Positions 1 to 10,711 of a stretch of DNA of 64,000 nucleotides are shown in pieces. Source of the stretch: an uncultured Nitrososphaerales archaeon (GTDB lineage: Archaea; Thermoproteota; Nitrososphaeria; Nitrososphaerales; Nitrososphaeraceae); assembly GCA_963841565.1 (NCBI GenBank), contig CAWJCY010000003.1:64001-128000 (forward strand), given 5' to 3'. A program made the translations under genes and the position numbers. The notes beneath the pieces were generated by a model. It was not told where the DNA came from, made no database searches, and saw nothing but the letters and a program-made list of their open reading frames with translations. Numbering within the stretch: the stretch's first letter is position 1; each line of letters begins with the position of its first letter.

Positions 1-1
1 T

Positions 2-352
2 TTGTCATGGCATGACTATAAGTCGACACCCTCGGAAAAAGAATTGTCCAAATTGTTGGGTCTGATGAGCTCCTTCAGTAATAATATTAAACTGGTTACT
101 ATGGCAAATACCTTAGAAGACACACTGAGAGTTTTGAACCTCTACGAAACAGGCGACAAGTCAGTGAATCTTGTGGCCTTCTGTATGGGCGAAATTGGAT
201 TAGTTTCAAGGGTGCTCTGTGCTTTGCAATCTAATTGTCCGTTCACCTATGCTACGCTTGACCGGCCCGTTGCTCCCGGTCAGTTTACAATAGAACAAAT
301 GAAAAAGTTTCATCATATGATTACCAGGGACAATTCGCACGACGGAGGTTGA
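2..352 (+). CDS. aroD: Type I 3-dehydroquinate dehydratase, C-terminal part (5' truncated by window)
   Basis: SWHDY..TP, catalytic Lys in IKLVTMA, FCMGE.G..SRV and APGQ motifs; first gene of aro operon. Confidence 0.9.
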   Translation: MSWHDYKSTPSEKELSKLLGLMSSFSNNIKLVTMANTLEDTLRVLNLYETGDKSVNLVAFCMGEIGLVSRVLCALQSNCPFTYATLDRPVAPGQFTIEQMKKFHHMITRDNSHDGG

Positions 353-356
353 AACG

Positions 357-1190
357 ATGAGGACATATTGCATAATTGGTGATCCTGTAAGTCATTCACT
401 ATCCCCCGCAATGCACAATGCAGCTTTCAAATCATTATCCATGGACGATGTCTATATTGCATACAAGGTTTCATCACACGAACTGGAATCATCTGTCGAA
501 TCGTTAAGGTCCGTCAAGATATCGGGATTCAATGTTACCATTCCTCACAAAACGGCTGTGTTGCAGTACCTAGACGAAGTTGATCTCATCTCGCGCAAAG
601 CAGGGGCGGTTAACACCGTAGCGAGTATCAACGGAAAGTTCAAAGGTTTTAACACTGACATTCAAGGCTTTATCCAGCCCCTTCTTAACCGCAACATGGA
701 TTTCAAGGGTTTGTCTGTACTCCTATTCGGTGCAGGGGGTTCGGCTAGGGCTGTTGTCACATCTTTGTCTAACGTCAACGGTATCTCAAAATTAGTTGTC
801 GCCAATAGAACCTATGGCAAATCACTGGAACTGTCTAAACTGGCTGATCTACAAGGATTGACCAGCTCAGTCTCGATGTTTGAAGAAGCGAAAAGAATGG
901 CAAAACATTTCGATCTCATAGTAAATGCAACCTCTGTGGGGTTGCAATCAAATGAATCACTCTTGGATAGTGAAGATATTGATGAAAACAGCACAGTATA
1001 TGATCTAGTTTACAGACCCGTTATGACCAAACTTCTTGAAAATGCTCGAGGAAAAGGAGCAAGGGTCATTTACGGTTATGAAATGTTACTTGAGCAAGGA
1101 GCTCAAGCGTTCGAGATTTGGACTGGACTGAAAGCACCTCTGCCCGCGATGAAAAAGGCTCTCTTTGGGGTATTTCAAGAGCCAAAATGA
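357..1190 (+). CDS. aroE: Shikimate dehydrogenase
   Basis: GDPVSHSLSPAMHN, NVTIPHK, GAVNT, NTD, GAGGSA, MLLEQGAQAFEIW motifs. Confidence 0.97.
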   Translation: MRTYCIIGDPVSHSLSPAMHNAAFKSLSMDDVYIAYKVSSHELESSVESLRSVKISGFNVTIPHKTAVLQYLDEVDLISRKAGAVNTVASINGKFKGFNTDIQGFIQPLLNRNMDFKGLSVLLFGAGGSARAVVTSLSNVNGISKLVVANRTYGKSLELSKLADLQGLTSSVSMFEEAKRMAKHFDLIVNATSVGLQSNESLLDSEDIDENSTVYDLVYRPVMTKLLENARGKGARVIYGYEMLLEQGAQAFEIWTGLKAPLPAMKKALFGVFQEPK

Positions 1191-2041
1191 ATAGATCAAT
1201 TCGTGTAACTATGCACGGGGCCGTATCTGTTGTAAATGCAGTGGCAAATGGTCGTGGATCTGCGTTGGGAATATCCCTTAAAGTGATTGCAGATTTGACT
1301 CTCTCTCCGGGAAAGGGTGTTTATTTGCAGTCAAAGCAAGGCGAGAAGCTGCTCAACATACTCATTAGGAAAACGTTACCAAAGACAGTACTCTTAGATC
1401 ATTTAGTCCGAATCGGGATCAAATCAGAAATTCCTGTTGGATTTGGATTGAAGAGCTCTAGCGCAGTATCCAGTGCGGTTGCACTAGCAATTCAGAGGGT
1501 CCTTGGTGAAGAGATCGATGATGTAAAAGTGCTCAATCAATCTGCTGATGCGTCAATTGACGCTGGCGTTTCGTTGACAGGGGCCTTCGACGATTCAGCT
1601 GCCTGTTATTTTGGGGGATTTGTAGTTACAGACAATTTTTCAAGAAAGATCATAAGAAGGGAACCTGCTTCGGAGAACCTTTCTGCGATTATTTTACTCC
1701 CAGCTCGTGTAACAAGAGGGAATTTGTTCAACCTTTACCTAGCTCCGGAAATATTTGATGTAGCATTTAAGATGGCATCTGACCACGACTATTGGAACGC
1801 AATGAAGCTTAATGGAATGGCGGTCGGAGCACTGTTGGGTAGCGATTATACTCCCGTCATATCAGCGATCAAGGAACATGCCCTCTCTGCGGGGATCTCA
1901 GGCAATGGACCTTCAGTAGTGGCAATTGCTGATTCAAAGCACCTCAAGAGTTTGGTGTCATCAATGTCAAGTTTCGAGGGCCAGGTATTAATATCAAAGG
2001 TTAACAATCAAAAGGCAACAGTAGAAGACTTCGATGGTTAA
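1187..2041 (+). CDS. aroK: Archaeal (GHMP-type) shikimate kinase
   Basis: HGAVSVVNA, IPVGFGLKSSSA (GHMP loop), TGAFDD, SGNGPS; ATG at 1187 overlaps aroE stop (ATGA). Confidence 0.93.
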   Translation: MNRSIRVTMHGAVSVVNAVANGRGSALGISLKVIADLTLSPGKGVYLQSKQGEKLLNILIRKTLPKTVLLDHLVRIGIKSEIPVGFGLKSSSAVSSAVALAIQRVLGEEIDDVKVLNQSADASIDAGVSLTGAFDDSAACYFGGFVVTDNFSRKIIRREPASENLSAIILLPARVTRGNLFNLYLAPEIFDVAFKMASDHDYWNAMKLNGMAVGALLGSDYTPVISAIKEHALSAGISGNGPSVVAIADSKHLKSLVSSMSSFEGQVLISKVNNQKATVEDFDG

Positions 2042-3386
2042 GATATCTATCCAAAGATCGCAACTGAGCGGAACAGCGAGGTGCCCATCAAGCAAGAGCT
2101 ACACACATAGGGCCGTATTTCTAGCGTCTCTTTCAGACGGCGAGTCCAGGATCCTTGATCCATTAATCTCAAGAGACACTCTTTCAACAATAAATGCTTG
2201 TAGAGCTTTAGGACCTCAAATCGTTCATGAAGGATCTTCGTTACGAATTATAGGAACACAGTTGAAAGCACCAGATGATGTCATTGATGCAGGAAATTCA
2301 GGAACTACAATTCGAATTGCTATATCGGTTTGTTCTCTGATTGAATCAGGGTATAGTGTATTAACTGGAGATATCAGTCTAAGAACACGTCCCATGGGTC
2401 CTCTCCTTAGCTCGCTTGGGAATTTAGGTGTTGATTGCTTCTCTACAAAATTAGATGGTACCGCCCCTATTGTTGTAAAGGGAGGCGGGCTGAAAGGAGG
2501 AAATGTAACCATAAATGGTTCCATTTCTAGTCAATTCTTGTCATCCTTACTTATTGCAGCAGTTCGAGCCAGTAATGATGTGTCGATAGGAGTTGAGGGA
2601 GACCAAGTCTCCCGTCCCTATATCTTGTCAACTATAGCCACAATGGAAAAATTCGGGATCAATATTGAACGGGATAATGACCTGAGAAATTTTAATGTAA
2701 AAAGTGGTACCTACTCTCCTGTGATATTCCACGTCCCATCTGATCTTTCGTCAGCCTCAATGATGGTGGCAGCAGGAATCTTGGTGGGTAAGGATAAAAT
2801 TCAACTGTCGGGATTAAACTTTGACTTACCTCAAGGAGATTCTAAGATCTTCAGTATTGTCGAACAAATGAACGGCAAAATCATCGTGGACACCATCAAG
2901 GGCGAGTTGTTTGTTGAAGGATCAGAGAGGTTGGAAGGAGGGGAATTTGATTTGAAAGACAGTCCGGATCTTTTGCCAGTCGTCTCTATTTTAGCACTTA
3001 AGGCAAAAAGCCCTGTTGTGATAGGTGGAATCTCTCATGCTAGATTCAAGGAGACGGATAGAGTCAGGAACATCACAGCCGAACTAAGAAAGCTAGGCGC
3101 AACGGTATCTGAGACCTATGACTCGATTTCAATACAACCTCCAGCAGTCATCAAAAACGCTTCATTGGAGTCATTTGACGATCACCGTTTATTCATGGCG
3201 CTATCCATTGCATCTCTTCTGACCAATCATTCTACATTGAATGGCGCCGAGTCAGTAGATGTATCCTACCCAAGCTTTCTAGAGGACCTCACAAGGTTGG
3301 GAGCTGAATATATCAGTATGTTCAGACCAAAATTAATAGAGGATCCATCTTTCAGTATAATTTCTGATCCTCTTTTGTCAAACTAG
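2034..3386 (+). CDS. aroA: EPSP synthase (3-phosphoshikimate 1-carboxyvinyltransferase)
   Basis: PSSKSYTHRA, GNSGTTIR, RPMGPL, SSQFLS, RFKETDR, DDHR motifs. Confidence 0.97.
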   Translation: MVKISIQRSQLSGTARCPSSKSYTHRAVFLASLSDGESRILDPLISRDTLSTINACRALGPQIVHEGSSLRIIGTQLKAPDDVIDAGNSGTTIRIAISVCSLIESGYSVLTGDISLRTRPMGPLLSSLGNLGVDCFSTKLDGTAPIVVKGGGLKGGNVTINGSISSQFLSSLLIAAVRASNDVSIGVEGDQVSRPYILSTIATMEKFGINIERDNDLRNFNVKSGTYSPVIFHVPSDLSSASMMVAAGILVGKDKIQLSGLNFDLPQGDSKIFSIVEQMNGKIIVDTIKGELFVEGSERLEGGEFDLKDSPDLLPVVSILALKAKSPVVIGGISHARFKETDRVRNITAELRKLGATVSETYDSISIQPPAVIKNASLESFDDHRLFMALSIASLLTNHSTLNGAESVDVSYPSFLEDLTRLGAEYISMFRPKLIEDPSFSIISDPLLSN

Positions 3387-3440
3387 TCGCCCCAACATAC
3401 ATTAAACACATGTGAGTATTGAATGGAGCTGAATCTAGTC

Positions 3441-4556
3441 ATGCTTGGCAATCTAATAGGAGAACGGTTCATGGCTTTGAATTTCGGAGAAAGTCATGGC
3501 CGTTGTGTTGGGACAGTAGTAGATGGCTGTCCTGCAGGGCTTCCTCTGGAAGAATCTATTATCCAGAAAAAACTGGATCTGCGAAAGCCTGGACAGTCAG
3601 TAGTAAGTACGCAGCGAAAAGAAGATGATAAAGTAGAGATCCTGTCTGGGGTTTTTCAAGGTCGAACTAACGGTGGACCAATCTGTATGCTTATATGGAA
3701 CAAAGACCAAGACTCGCGACCCTACGAGCAGATTAGGACGATCCCCAGGCCGGGTCATTCAGATTATCCTGCTTCCGTAAAATATGGGGGATATGCAGAT
3801 TATCGTGGTGGGGGTCGCTTTTCTGGACGCCTAACCGCCACTTTTGTGATGGCCGGGGCTGTCGCAGAACGTCTATTAAGAGTTGCTCTTGGAGTCGATA
3901 TTGTCGCCTATGCTGTTGCAATTGGTAAAATAAGGGCCAGACGTATCGATTTTACGTCTGCATTAAAGTACCGTTATGGGAACGAGGTAAGATGTCCTGA
4001 TACTGAAGCAGCGGGAAAAATGAAGGAAGCAATTTTAGCCGCCAAGAAGAGAGGCGATTCGATTGGAGGTATCATCGAATGTGTTACCAATCGCCTTCCG
4101 GTTGGATTGGGTGAACCTCTCTTTAGTTCGCTGGAATCTGATATTAGTAGGGCTCTATTCGGGATCCCTTCGGTGAAAGCAGTTGAATTCGGCTCTGGTT
4201 TTTATGGCTGCACAATTCCAGGTTCAAAGAATAACGATACCTATGTTTTAGAGAAAGGAACAGTAGTGACCAGAACCAATAATTCTGGAGGCATCCTCGG
4301 CGGACTCTCTACGGGAATGCCCTTAGTTATAAGAATTGGATTTAAACCCCCTTCATCAATCGCACAAACACAAGAAACTCTGGATCTGTCTAGTAGAACG
4401 CAAACTAAATTGAAAGTTCCGGGAAGACACGATCCATGCGTGGTCCCCAGAGCGCCACCAGTTGTGGAGGCTATAGTCTCCTTAGTCCTTGCGGATCACG
4501 CAATTAGGCATGGGCTCATTTCATCGTCACATCTGGGAGTGAAGCGCGATAACTGA
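3441..4556 (+). CDS. aroC: Chorismate synthase (start 3441 or 3423)
   Basis: FGESHG, PRPGHSD, GGGRFSGR, NNSGGILGG, GRHDPC motifs. Confidence 0.97.
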   Translation: MLGNLIGERFMALNFGESHGRCVGTVVDGCPAGLPLEESIIQKKLDLRKPGQSVVSTQRKEDDKVEILSGVFQGRTNGGPICMLIWNKDQDSRPYEQIRTIPRPGHSDYPASVKYGGYADYRGGGRFSGRLTATFVMAGAVAERLLRVALGVDIVAYAVAIGKIRARRIDFTSALKYRYGNEVRCPDTEAAGKMKEAILAAKKRGDSIGGIIECVTNRLPVGLGEPLFSSLESDISRALFGIPSVKAVEFGSGFYGCTIPGSKNNDTYVLEKGTVVTRTNNSGGILGGLSTGMPLVIRIGFKPPSSIAQTQETLDLSSRTQTKLKVPGRHDPCVVPRAPPVVEAIVSLVLADHAIRHGLISSSHLGVKRDN

Positions 4557-5946
4557 TAGTGAAGGGGTAGCGGAAAATAAGGAGCTACGAGTCCTCCGTT
4601 CTGAAATTCAAGCTGTGACGGGTGAGATATTTCAAAAGATTAAGCATAGAATGGAATTAGCGCAGAAAATTGGGGACATCAAGACCAAGCTTGGAATGGA
4701 TGTAACAGACGATCAGGTTGAAAGCGAAATAAGGAAATCGATATTAAGTCTCGCTCACCAAATTGGTTTGGACCCTTCATATTCCTCTAGATTACTCAAT
4801 CTATTGCTTATTGAGTCAGTCGGTCTTCAAAGAAAACAGAAAACAGTTGAGCATGCAACTTCACATATGGACGTTCTAATGAGAGCCAGACAAATTGAAG
4901 CATCTGGAAGACCGATGATACACTTGGAAATTGGCGAGCCCGATTTCGGACCTCCACCAAGCATTAAAGACGCGTTTGCAAATGCGATAAACTCCGGCTG
5001 TTATCACTATACTGATGCCCGAGGGATTGAAAAGTTACGGGAGAAGCTAGCCCTTATTCATGGCTTTACAAAGGAAACGGTAATGGTGACGCCAGGTGGA
5101 AGGTTCGGAGTATATGCATCCATTGCTTCATTGCTCAAGCCTGGGGAGGAGATTGTGGTTATAGAGCCTTCTTGGCCAGCATATTCAGACTGCGCAGCAT
5201 TAAATTCAGTCAAGGTCAAAACTATCAAAACAACCCTCGAAAATCAATGGTCCCCTGACATTGACAAGATAGATGATGCAATAAATGATGCTACGAAGAT
5301 GATCGTTCTAAATTATCCGAACAATCCTACTGGGAAGATATTGGATACAGATACCATTGAAAGGATCATTTCTTTAGCGAAAGATCATGACCTCTACATT
5401 TTAAGTGATGAGGTATATTCAAAATATTGCATCAAAAAATTCAAAAGTATTTCTGAATACAGTTATGAAAGGTCAATTGTTATTGAATCGTTTTCCAAAA
5501 CCTATGCAATGACCGGTTTTCGGCTCGGTTACGTTTTATCTAGCGCTCTAATTATCAAACACATTGCGAAACTGCTAGCATTTGCTATGACAAGCGTAGC
5601 TGAGCCACTTCAATATTGTGCACTGAATGCACTCGAAAACGAGTACGCGACTAACGTCGAAGAGACTAGAATCAGGCTTTCTACCTTAGTTGAAAGGCTA
5701 AAACAGATGGATCTGAGTTTCACTATTCCTGATGGTTCCATGTACTTGTATCCAAGGATTAATACTATAACACTAGACGATAATACCTTGGTCAACCTAT
5801 TGCTAGAAAGGGGTGTTGCAGTCGCACCTGGGAGCGCTTTTGGTAGCAGTTATAGCAAGTTTATTAGAATTTCCGCAACTCAACCTGCAGACAAAATCGA
5901 AAAAGCAATGGACGATTTAGAGACTTGTCTTTCGATGAAGATATGA
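4549..5946 (+). CDS. Chorismate mutase (AroQ-type)-class I aminotransferase fusion
   Basis: N-terminal AroQ-like helices (LRSEI..., R.ELAQKIGDIK, ESVGLQ) then IGEPDF, YPNNPTG, SDEVY, SFSKTYAMTGFRLG (PLP Lys); frame is open upstream of GTG 4615 back to ATA 4549. Confidence 0.85.
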   Translation: MTDSEGVAENKELRVLRSEIQAVTGEIFQKIKHRMELAQKIGDIKTKLGMDVTDDQVESEIRKSILSLAHQIGLDPSYSSRLLNLLLIESVGLQRKQKTVEHATSHMDVLMRARQIEASGRPMIHLEIGEPDFGPPPSIKDAFANAINSGCYHYTDARGIEKLREKLALIHGFTKETVMVTPGGRFGVYASIASLLKPGEEIVVIEPSWPAYSDCAALNSVKVKTIKTTLENQWSPDIDKIDDAINDATKMIVLNYPNNPTGKILDTDTIERIISLAKDHDLYILSDEVYSKYCIKKFKSISEYSYERSIVIESFSKTYAMTGFRLGYVLSSALIIKHIAKLLAFAMTSVAEPLQYCALNALENEYATNVEETRIRLSTLVERLKQMDLSFTIPDGSMYLYPRINTITLDDNTLVNLLLERGVAVAPGSAFGSSYSKFIRISATQPADKIEKAMDDLETCLSMKI

Positions 5947-6840
5947 TTAGCTCCTTTCCTATGAGGAGAGTCGCGGTCATAGGAGGAGCAGGCAGGATGG
6001 GAAGATGGTTTACCTATTACTTTGCACGATCAAACAATGTGAGGGTGTCTGTTTATGACAAAAAAAGACTTGTATTTAGAAACCTACAGTACGTTGATCG
6101 TTGCGAGACTATTAATGATTGTGTGAAAGAGGCCGATTTGGTTATAGTCTGTGTTCCTATTGATAGCATCGTCTCAGTCGTTCAAGAATGTCTTACTTAC
6201 ATGAAAGAGGGAGCCACACTATCGGAGATTTCATCCATTAAGAAGCAAATATTCAGTGTATTGCGAGCTGCCAGAAAGGACATTACATGCCTATGTATTC
6301 ATCCAATGTTTGGTCCAGCTACTAAAAGGTCGAGAATTATCAAGAACTTGCTTATCCCAGTCAGGAATCGGGCCAAAGAATTAGCTCTCCTCAGTTCTAT
6401 TTTCCCACGATCGGAAATAGAAGTGATTAGAAACCCAGATCTCCATGACAAGTACATGGCAGTGGTCATTGGGCTCACCTATTACATTAATCTAGTATTA
6501 GGTTCAATGCTTTCCAAACTCGATCTAAAAACTATGAAAAAGATTGCCGGAACGAGCTTTGGAATGCAGATCATGATTACTGAAAGTATCCTAAACGATT
6601 CTCCGGAGCTCGTGTCATCGCTATTACGAGAAAACCCCTTCAACAAGACGTATATCACTAACTTTCTTGCAGAGGCAGAAAACATACAGGATTTAGTCTC
6701 TGGCAAGGACGAAAGAGCTGACTAGAAAAGCCGTTGAGGATATTAAAACTCGTATAAATAGATTAACGGATACCGACAAATCTTATGTCAAATTTTATAG
6801 GGCAATAGAATATCTCAAGACACTGGACATCAAGAAATAG
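5943..6840 (+). CDS. tyrA: Prephenate/arogenate dehydrogenase (apparent frameshift near 6712)
   Basis: IGGAGRMG Rossmann motif, EISSIK, HPMFGP, HDKYMAVVIGL; shifted frame continues ELTRKAVEDIK...DKSYVKFYRAIE to TAG at 6840. Confidence 0.88.
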
Positions 6841-7012
6841 AATTGAAAATGAAACCGAAATGATCTCAATAAGGTTTGTCGTGCTACTATCCTCTTAGTG
6901 TCCCGGAATCATGATACCGTGATAGAAGTACACTGCAAATATAGCAGCACCCTGAAAATACTATTATTGAGCGAGTGCTCAGAAGTCAGATGACATTTTT
7001 GGGTAAGTACGA

Positions 7013-7994
7013 ATGAAAATACAATTAACTCGACATTTGGCATGCGTAAAACACTATGGGCGCAGTAGAAATTTATCCATTGATTTGCTCGATTCAAAGA
7101 ACGGAAACGAATGTTTAGAGGGTTTTCTCAAGTGTGAAGAATGCAATCAATTGTACCCTGTGATCGACGGCGTTGCTTTGCTTTTGGAGGATGTCGCAGA
7201 ATATATATCCTCCAGGCCATTTTTACTTGGAAAATGGATTCTGTCGAGTAAGACCTCGGCAATGAAAGAATATCTGAAAGGGATGAGTTCAACTCTCACC
7301 GAATTAAACAAATCTCAAGGGAATAATCTCTATGAAGTCGACGGGCCGTTATATGAGTCTTATAATTGGGCTCAGTTTGACTTTGATAGTAACGACAGAT
7401 TTCTCTCATTACTGAAACACAAGTTGTATCCTAACGATCTCTACAATAAGGTAGTCCATAGCACCTTGACAAATTTAGATGGGGCGGCGCTGGACTTGGG
7501 CTGCTCATCAGGATATGCGGCTTTTCTACTCGCCAAGAAATTCGCATTTGTAATTGGAGTAGATCTTTCGTTTTCTTTTATTAGCGAAGCAAGAAGGCGT
7601 ATGACATCACTAAGACAGGGTAATTTGGATTTCGTGGTCGCAGATTGCATAATGCCTCCATTTCTTCCCAATAAATTTGACCTGGTGATTGCATTGAATA
7701 TAATAGAGTTCATGGACGCTGAACAGTTGTTGGACAGCATCCACAGGTTGTTAAAGGAAGATGGGGAAGTTGCCTTCTCCTCACCCTATGATTACAATAG
7801 AACACAGCTAGGTTAACAGAGTAAATCCTCAGTCGTTCAGACAATTATTGCAAAGGTCAGGCTTTAGAATAGGGAGCAAATACATTACGGGTGAGTCATT
7901 TCTTCCTTGGACATTGAAGATTAATGAGCGGACCTATCTTTTTTATTATGTCGATTACCTTAGAGCGAGAAAAGCCTCGAAAGCCAGGAGATAG
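7013..7994 (+). CDS. Trm112-like domain fused to class I SAM methyltransferase (apparent frameshift near 7811)
   Basis: N-terminal LACV...[16 protein letters not shown]; [21 protein letters not shown]; shifted frame continues VNRVNPQSF...[15 protein letters not shown] to TAG at 7994. Confidence 0.8.
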
Positions 7995-8085
7995 CATCAT
8001 GTGTTAGGAGCATTTCGTTAATCCGGTAATACAGGAATATTGGCTCACTTGAGATATATATAGTCTAGAAACTGATAGGCATTAG

Positions 8086-9093
8086 ATGAAAGCTCAACGA
8101 TGGCATGACAACGATATCAACTTCGATGATATCAAGCAGGACAGAATAGCTGTGATTGGCTACGGCATTCAAGGTCGTGCACAGGCCAATAATATGAAGG
8201 ATAGTGGATTAGATGTCTTTGTGGGGCTACGACAAGGTGGGAAGAGTTGGGATCTCGCTACTAAAGAGGGCCACAAGGTTCTGAGTCCAGCCGAAGCCAC
8301 TAAAGCGGCGAACATCGTTCATGTGCTAGTTCCGGATATGGAACAGAGTACTCTGTACAAAACAGAGATAGGACCCAATCTTTTGGAAGGAGCTGCATTA
8401 AGCTTTTCCCACGGCGCGGCGATACATTGGAAGTGGATTGAACCGCCTAGCAATATCGATGTGATAATGGTGGCTCCAAAAGGACCAGGACAGATGGTAC
8501 GAGAGTTGTTTTTGCAAGGATTCGGAACCCCATCATTAGTAGCAGTCGAACGTGATTATTCTACTAGGGCCTGGGGGAGGGTTCTTGGTCTTGCGAAGGC
8601 AATCGGCAGTTCCAGACCGGGATTAATAAAAACAACGTTTAAGGAAGAAGTTGAGACAGACTGGTTTGGCGAACAGGTGGACCTATGCGGTGGCACCCAT
8701 AGCCTCATTATGAATGCATTTGAGACCTTGGTGGAAGCTGGATATCAGCCAGAGGTGGCTTATTTCGAATGCTTGCATGAGCTTAAGTTGATAGTTGATT
8801 TAATCCACAGGTACGGGTTAACAGGCATGTACAATAGAGTTAGCGAAACGGCTCGATATGGAGGTCTGACGAGAGGACCCACAGTTATCGATACAGAGAG
8901 CAAGGAAAAAATGAGAAGGGTCCTCGGTGAGATCCAATCAGGTTCGTTCGCAGATGAATGGGTGAGTGTTTATGAGAAAGATGGTAAGAACTCGTTTGAG
9001 ACTTTTATGAAAAAGATTCAGAGCCACGAAATAGAACGTGTAGGTGTTGAGATGAGAAAGATGATGTGGCCTGTCGAAGAACGAACAGATTAA
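8086..9093 (+). CDS. ilvC: Ketol-acid reductoisomerase
   Basis: IGYGIQGRAQA, FSHG, MVAPKGPG, ETDWFGEQVDLCGG, AYFECLHE. Confidence 0.98.
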   Translation: MKAQRWHDNDINFDDIKQDRIAVIGYGIQGRAQANNMKDSGLDVFVGLRQGGKSWDLATKEGHKVLSPAEATKAANIVHVLVPDMEQSTLYKTEIGPNLLEGAALSFSHGAAIHWKWIEPPSNIDVIMVAPKGPGQMVRELFLQGFGTPSLVAVERDYSTRAWGRVLGLAKAIGSSRPGLIKTTFKEEVETDWFGEQVDLCGGTHSLIMNAFETLVEAGYQPEVAYFECLHELKLIVDLIHRYGLTGMYNRVSETARYGGLTRGPTVIDTESKEKMRRVLGEIQSGSFADEWVSVYEKDGKNSFETFMKKIQSHEIERVGVEMRKMMWPVEERTD

Positions 9094-9140
9094 AGAAAGA
9101 AGACAAGATCAGGATATCGCGTTCGCCTGCAAACCTCAAA

Positions 9141-9563
9141 TTAATTTCGAGGTTTGACATTGTTGGCTATGTAATCAATTATAGTTGGTAATGGGGTTCC
9201 AGGTCCGAAGTTGCCCATTACGCCCTCCTTTTCGAGGACCTTTTTGTCTGCCTCAGGTATGATGCCTCCTCCTATCAACAAGATATTATTTCCGCCTTTC
9301 TCTCTCACTAATTTCGCTACTTTAGGAAATAAGACTGAGTGAGCGCCGTTTAACAAGCTCATTGCAATTACATCAACGTCTTCTTCGATCGCGATCTTCG
9401 CTACTTGGTCAGGCGTGCAAAATAGGCCAGAATAAATAACTTCCATCCCCGCATCTCGTAGCGCCCTGCAGATTACAAGCGCACCCCTATCGTGCCCGTC
9501 TAGTCCCAACTTGGAAACAAGGATTCTAATTGGTCCCTTGTGCTGTTCAGTCTCCTCTAGCAT
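9141..9563 (-). CDS. Methylmalonyl-CoA mutase small (cobalamin-binding) subunit
   Basis: KLGLDGHDRGA (DxHxxG B12 motif), GGGIIP, FGPGT; clustered with meaB, mutase large subunit and epimerase. Confidence 0.95.
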   Translation of the reverse strand: MLEETEQHKGPIRILVSKLGLDGHDRGALVICRALRDAGMEVIYSGLFCTPDQVAKIAIEEDVDVIAMSLLNGAHSVLFPKVAKLVREKGGNNILLIGGGIIPEADKKVLEKEGVMGNFGPGTPLPTIIDYIANNVKPRN

Positions 9564-9774
9564 ATCAATCTGCTTACTTCATAAAGATGGCGAGAAGTAT
9601 ATCTAATTTGCGTCTATTGTTTTTGTCGGTATTTTTCTTGTCGTTGTCGTCGTTGTCGTCAAGCCTGCTATTCTACTGGGAGCCAAATACGAGAGTTAGG
9701 ATTGAAAGATGGAGTTGATATATCTATTCCGTTCGTTACCAATGAATTTATACCGAATTTGTAATACCTGAGTC

Positions 9775-10698
9775 ATGCTTCAGATAGTTAAAAAACTGCT
9801 CGAAGGAGATCGTAGGTCTCTGGCTCGGGCAATTTCTATGGTTGATAACAATGACCCTGATTCTCAGGACATCGTCCGCGAGATTTTTTCCTTGACGGGT
9901 AAATCCAGATCGATAGGTTTTACAGGTCCTGCAGGTGCAGGGAAGAGTTCTCTTATAGGAGCATTGGTTCACAATTTTCAAACTATGGGTTATCGGATAG
10001 CTATCCTTGCAGTAGATCCTACCAGCCCAATAACTGGAGGGGCAATCCTAGGGGACCGGGTTAGGATGCAAGTAACCATGGATGACCATAATGTGTTCAT
10101 GAGGAGTTTGGCCTCTAGAGGTGCTGTGGGTGGCGTTTCCAATTCACTTAGGAATGTTATTCGAATTCTAGATGTTGCCGGATTCGATCTAATCTTAGTT
10201 GAAAGTGTTGGAGCTGGCCAGTTAGAAGTTGAAATTTCTAGGATCGTAGACATTACAATCGTTGTGTTGACCCCTCAGACCGGAGACAACGTCCAATCGA
10301 TTAAGGCTGGCCTTAACGAAATAGGGGAAATTTATGCAATCAACAAGGGCGACCTAGATGGCTCTGGCAATTTATTCAATTCCATCCTGGAATTTGTAGG
10401 CGGAACTGAGAAGAGACCTTCAGTTTTGAAAGTGTCTGCGCGAACAGGAGAAGGGGTTAAGGACCTGGCCTCGCTTATTGATGAGAAATTAATAAGTAAC
10501 AAAGCGAGCATAACAGAGAAGAGGAAAAGTATGTTGAAAAACGAACTACAAGAAATGATATTCCGAGCGGTGGAACAGAAGGCTAAGTCGTTTCTTAAAG
10601 ACAACCTGGAATTTGAGAATTATGTATCTATGGTGATCGAAAAGAAAATCGACCCATACCTGGCTGCTGAACGAATATCCGCTACGATCATGAGGTAG
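9775..10698 (+). CDS. meaB: Methylmalonyl-CoA mutase-associated GTPase (MeaB/ArgK)
   Basis: LARAIS, TGPAGAGKS, AVDPTSP.TGGAILGDRVRM, ESVGAGQ, NKGD. Confidence 0.96.
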   Translation: MLQIVKKLLEGDRRSLARAISMVDNNDPDSQDIVREIFSLTGKSRSIGFTGPAGAGKSSLIGALVHNFQTMGYRIAILAVDPTSPITGGAILGDRVRMQVTMDDHNVFMRSLASRGAVGGVSNSLRNVIRILDVAGFDLILVESVGAGQLEVEISRIVDITIVVLTPQTGDNVQSIKAGLNEIGEIYAINKGDLDGSGNLFNSILEFVGGTEKRPSVLKVSARTGEGVKDLASLIDEKLISNKASITEKRKSMLKNELQEMIFRAVEQKAKSFLKDNLEFENYVSMVIEKKIDPYLAAERISATIMR

Positions 10699-10711
10699 TG
10701 AGTAGAGGAAC

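Noticed and set aside
9530-9718. GTCGTT/GTC low-complexity repeat and short ORF in the mutase small subunit / meaB divergent gap; possible cobalamin riboswitch
   Set aside because: No B12-box elements were recognised. Each frame gives only biased peptides (Ser/Leu, Cys/Arg or poly-Val) explained by the microsatellite, and the TM-looking frame lacks a start.
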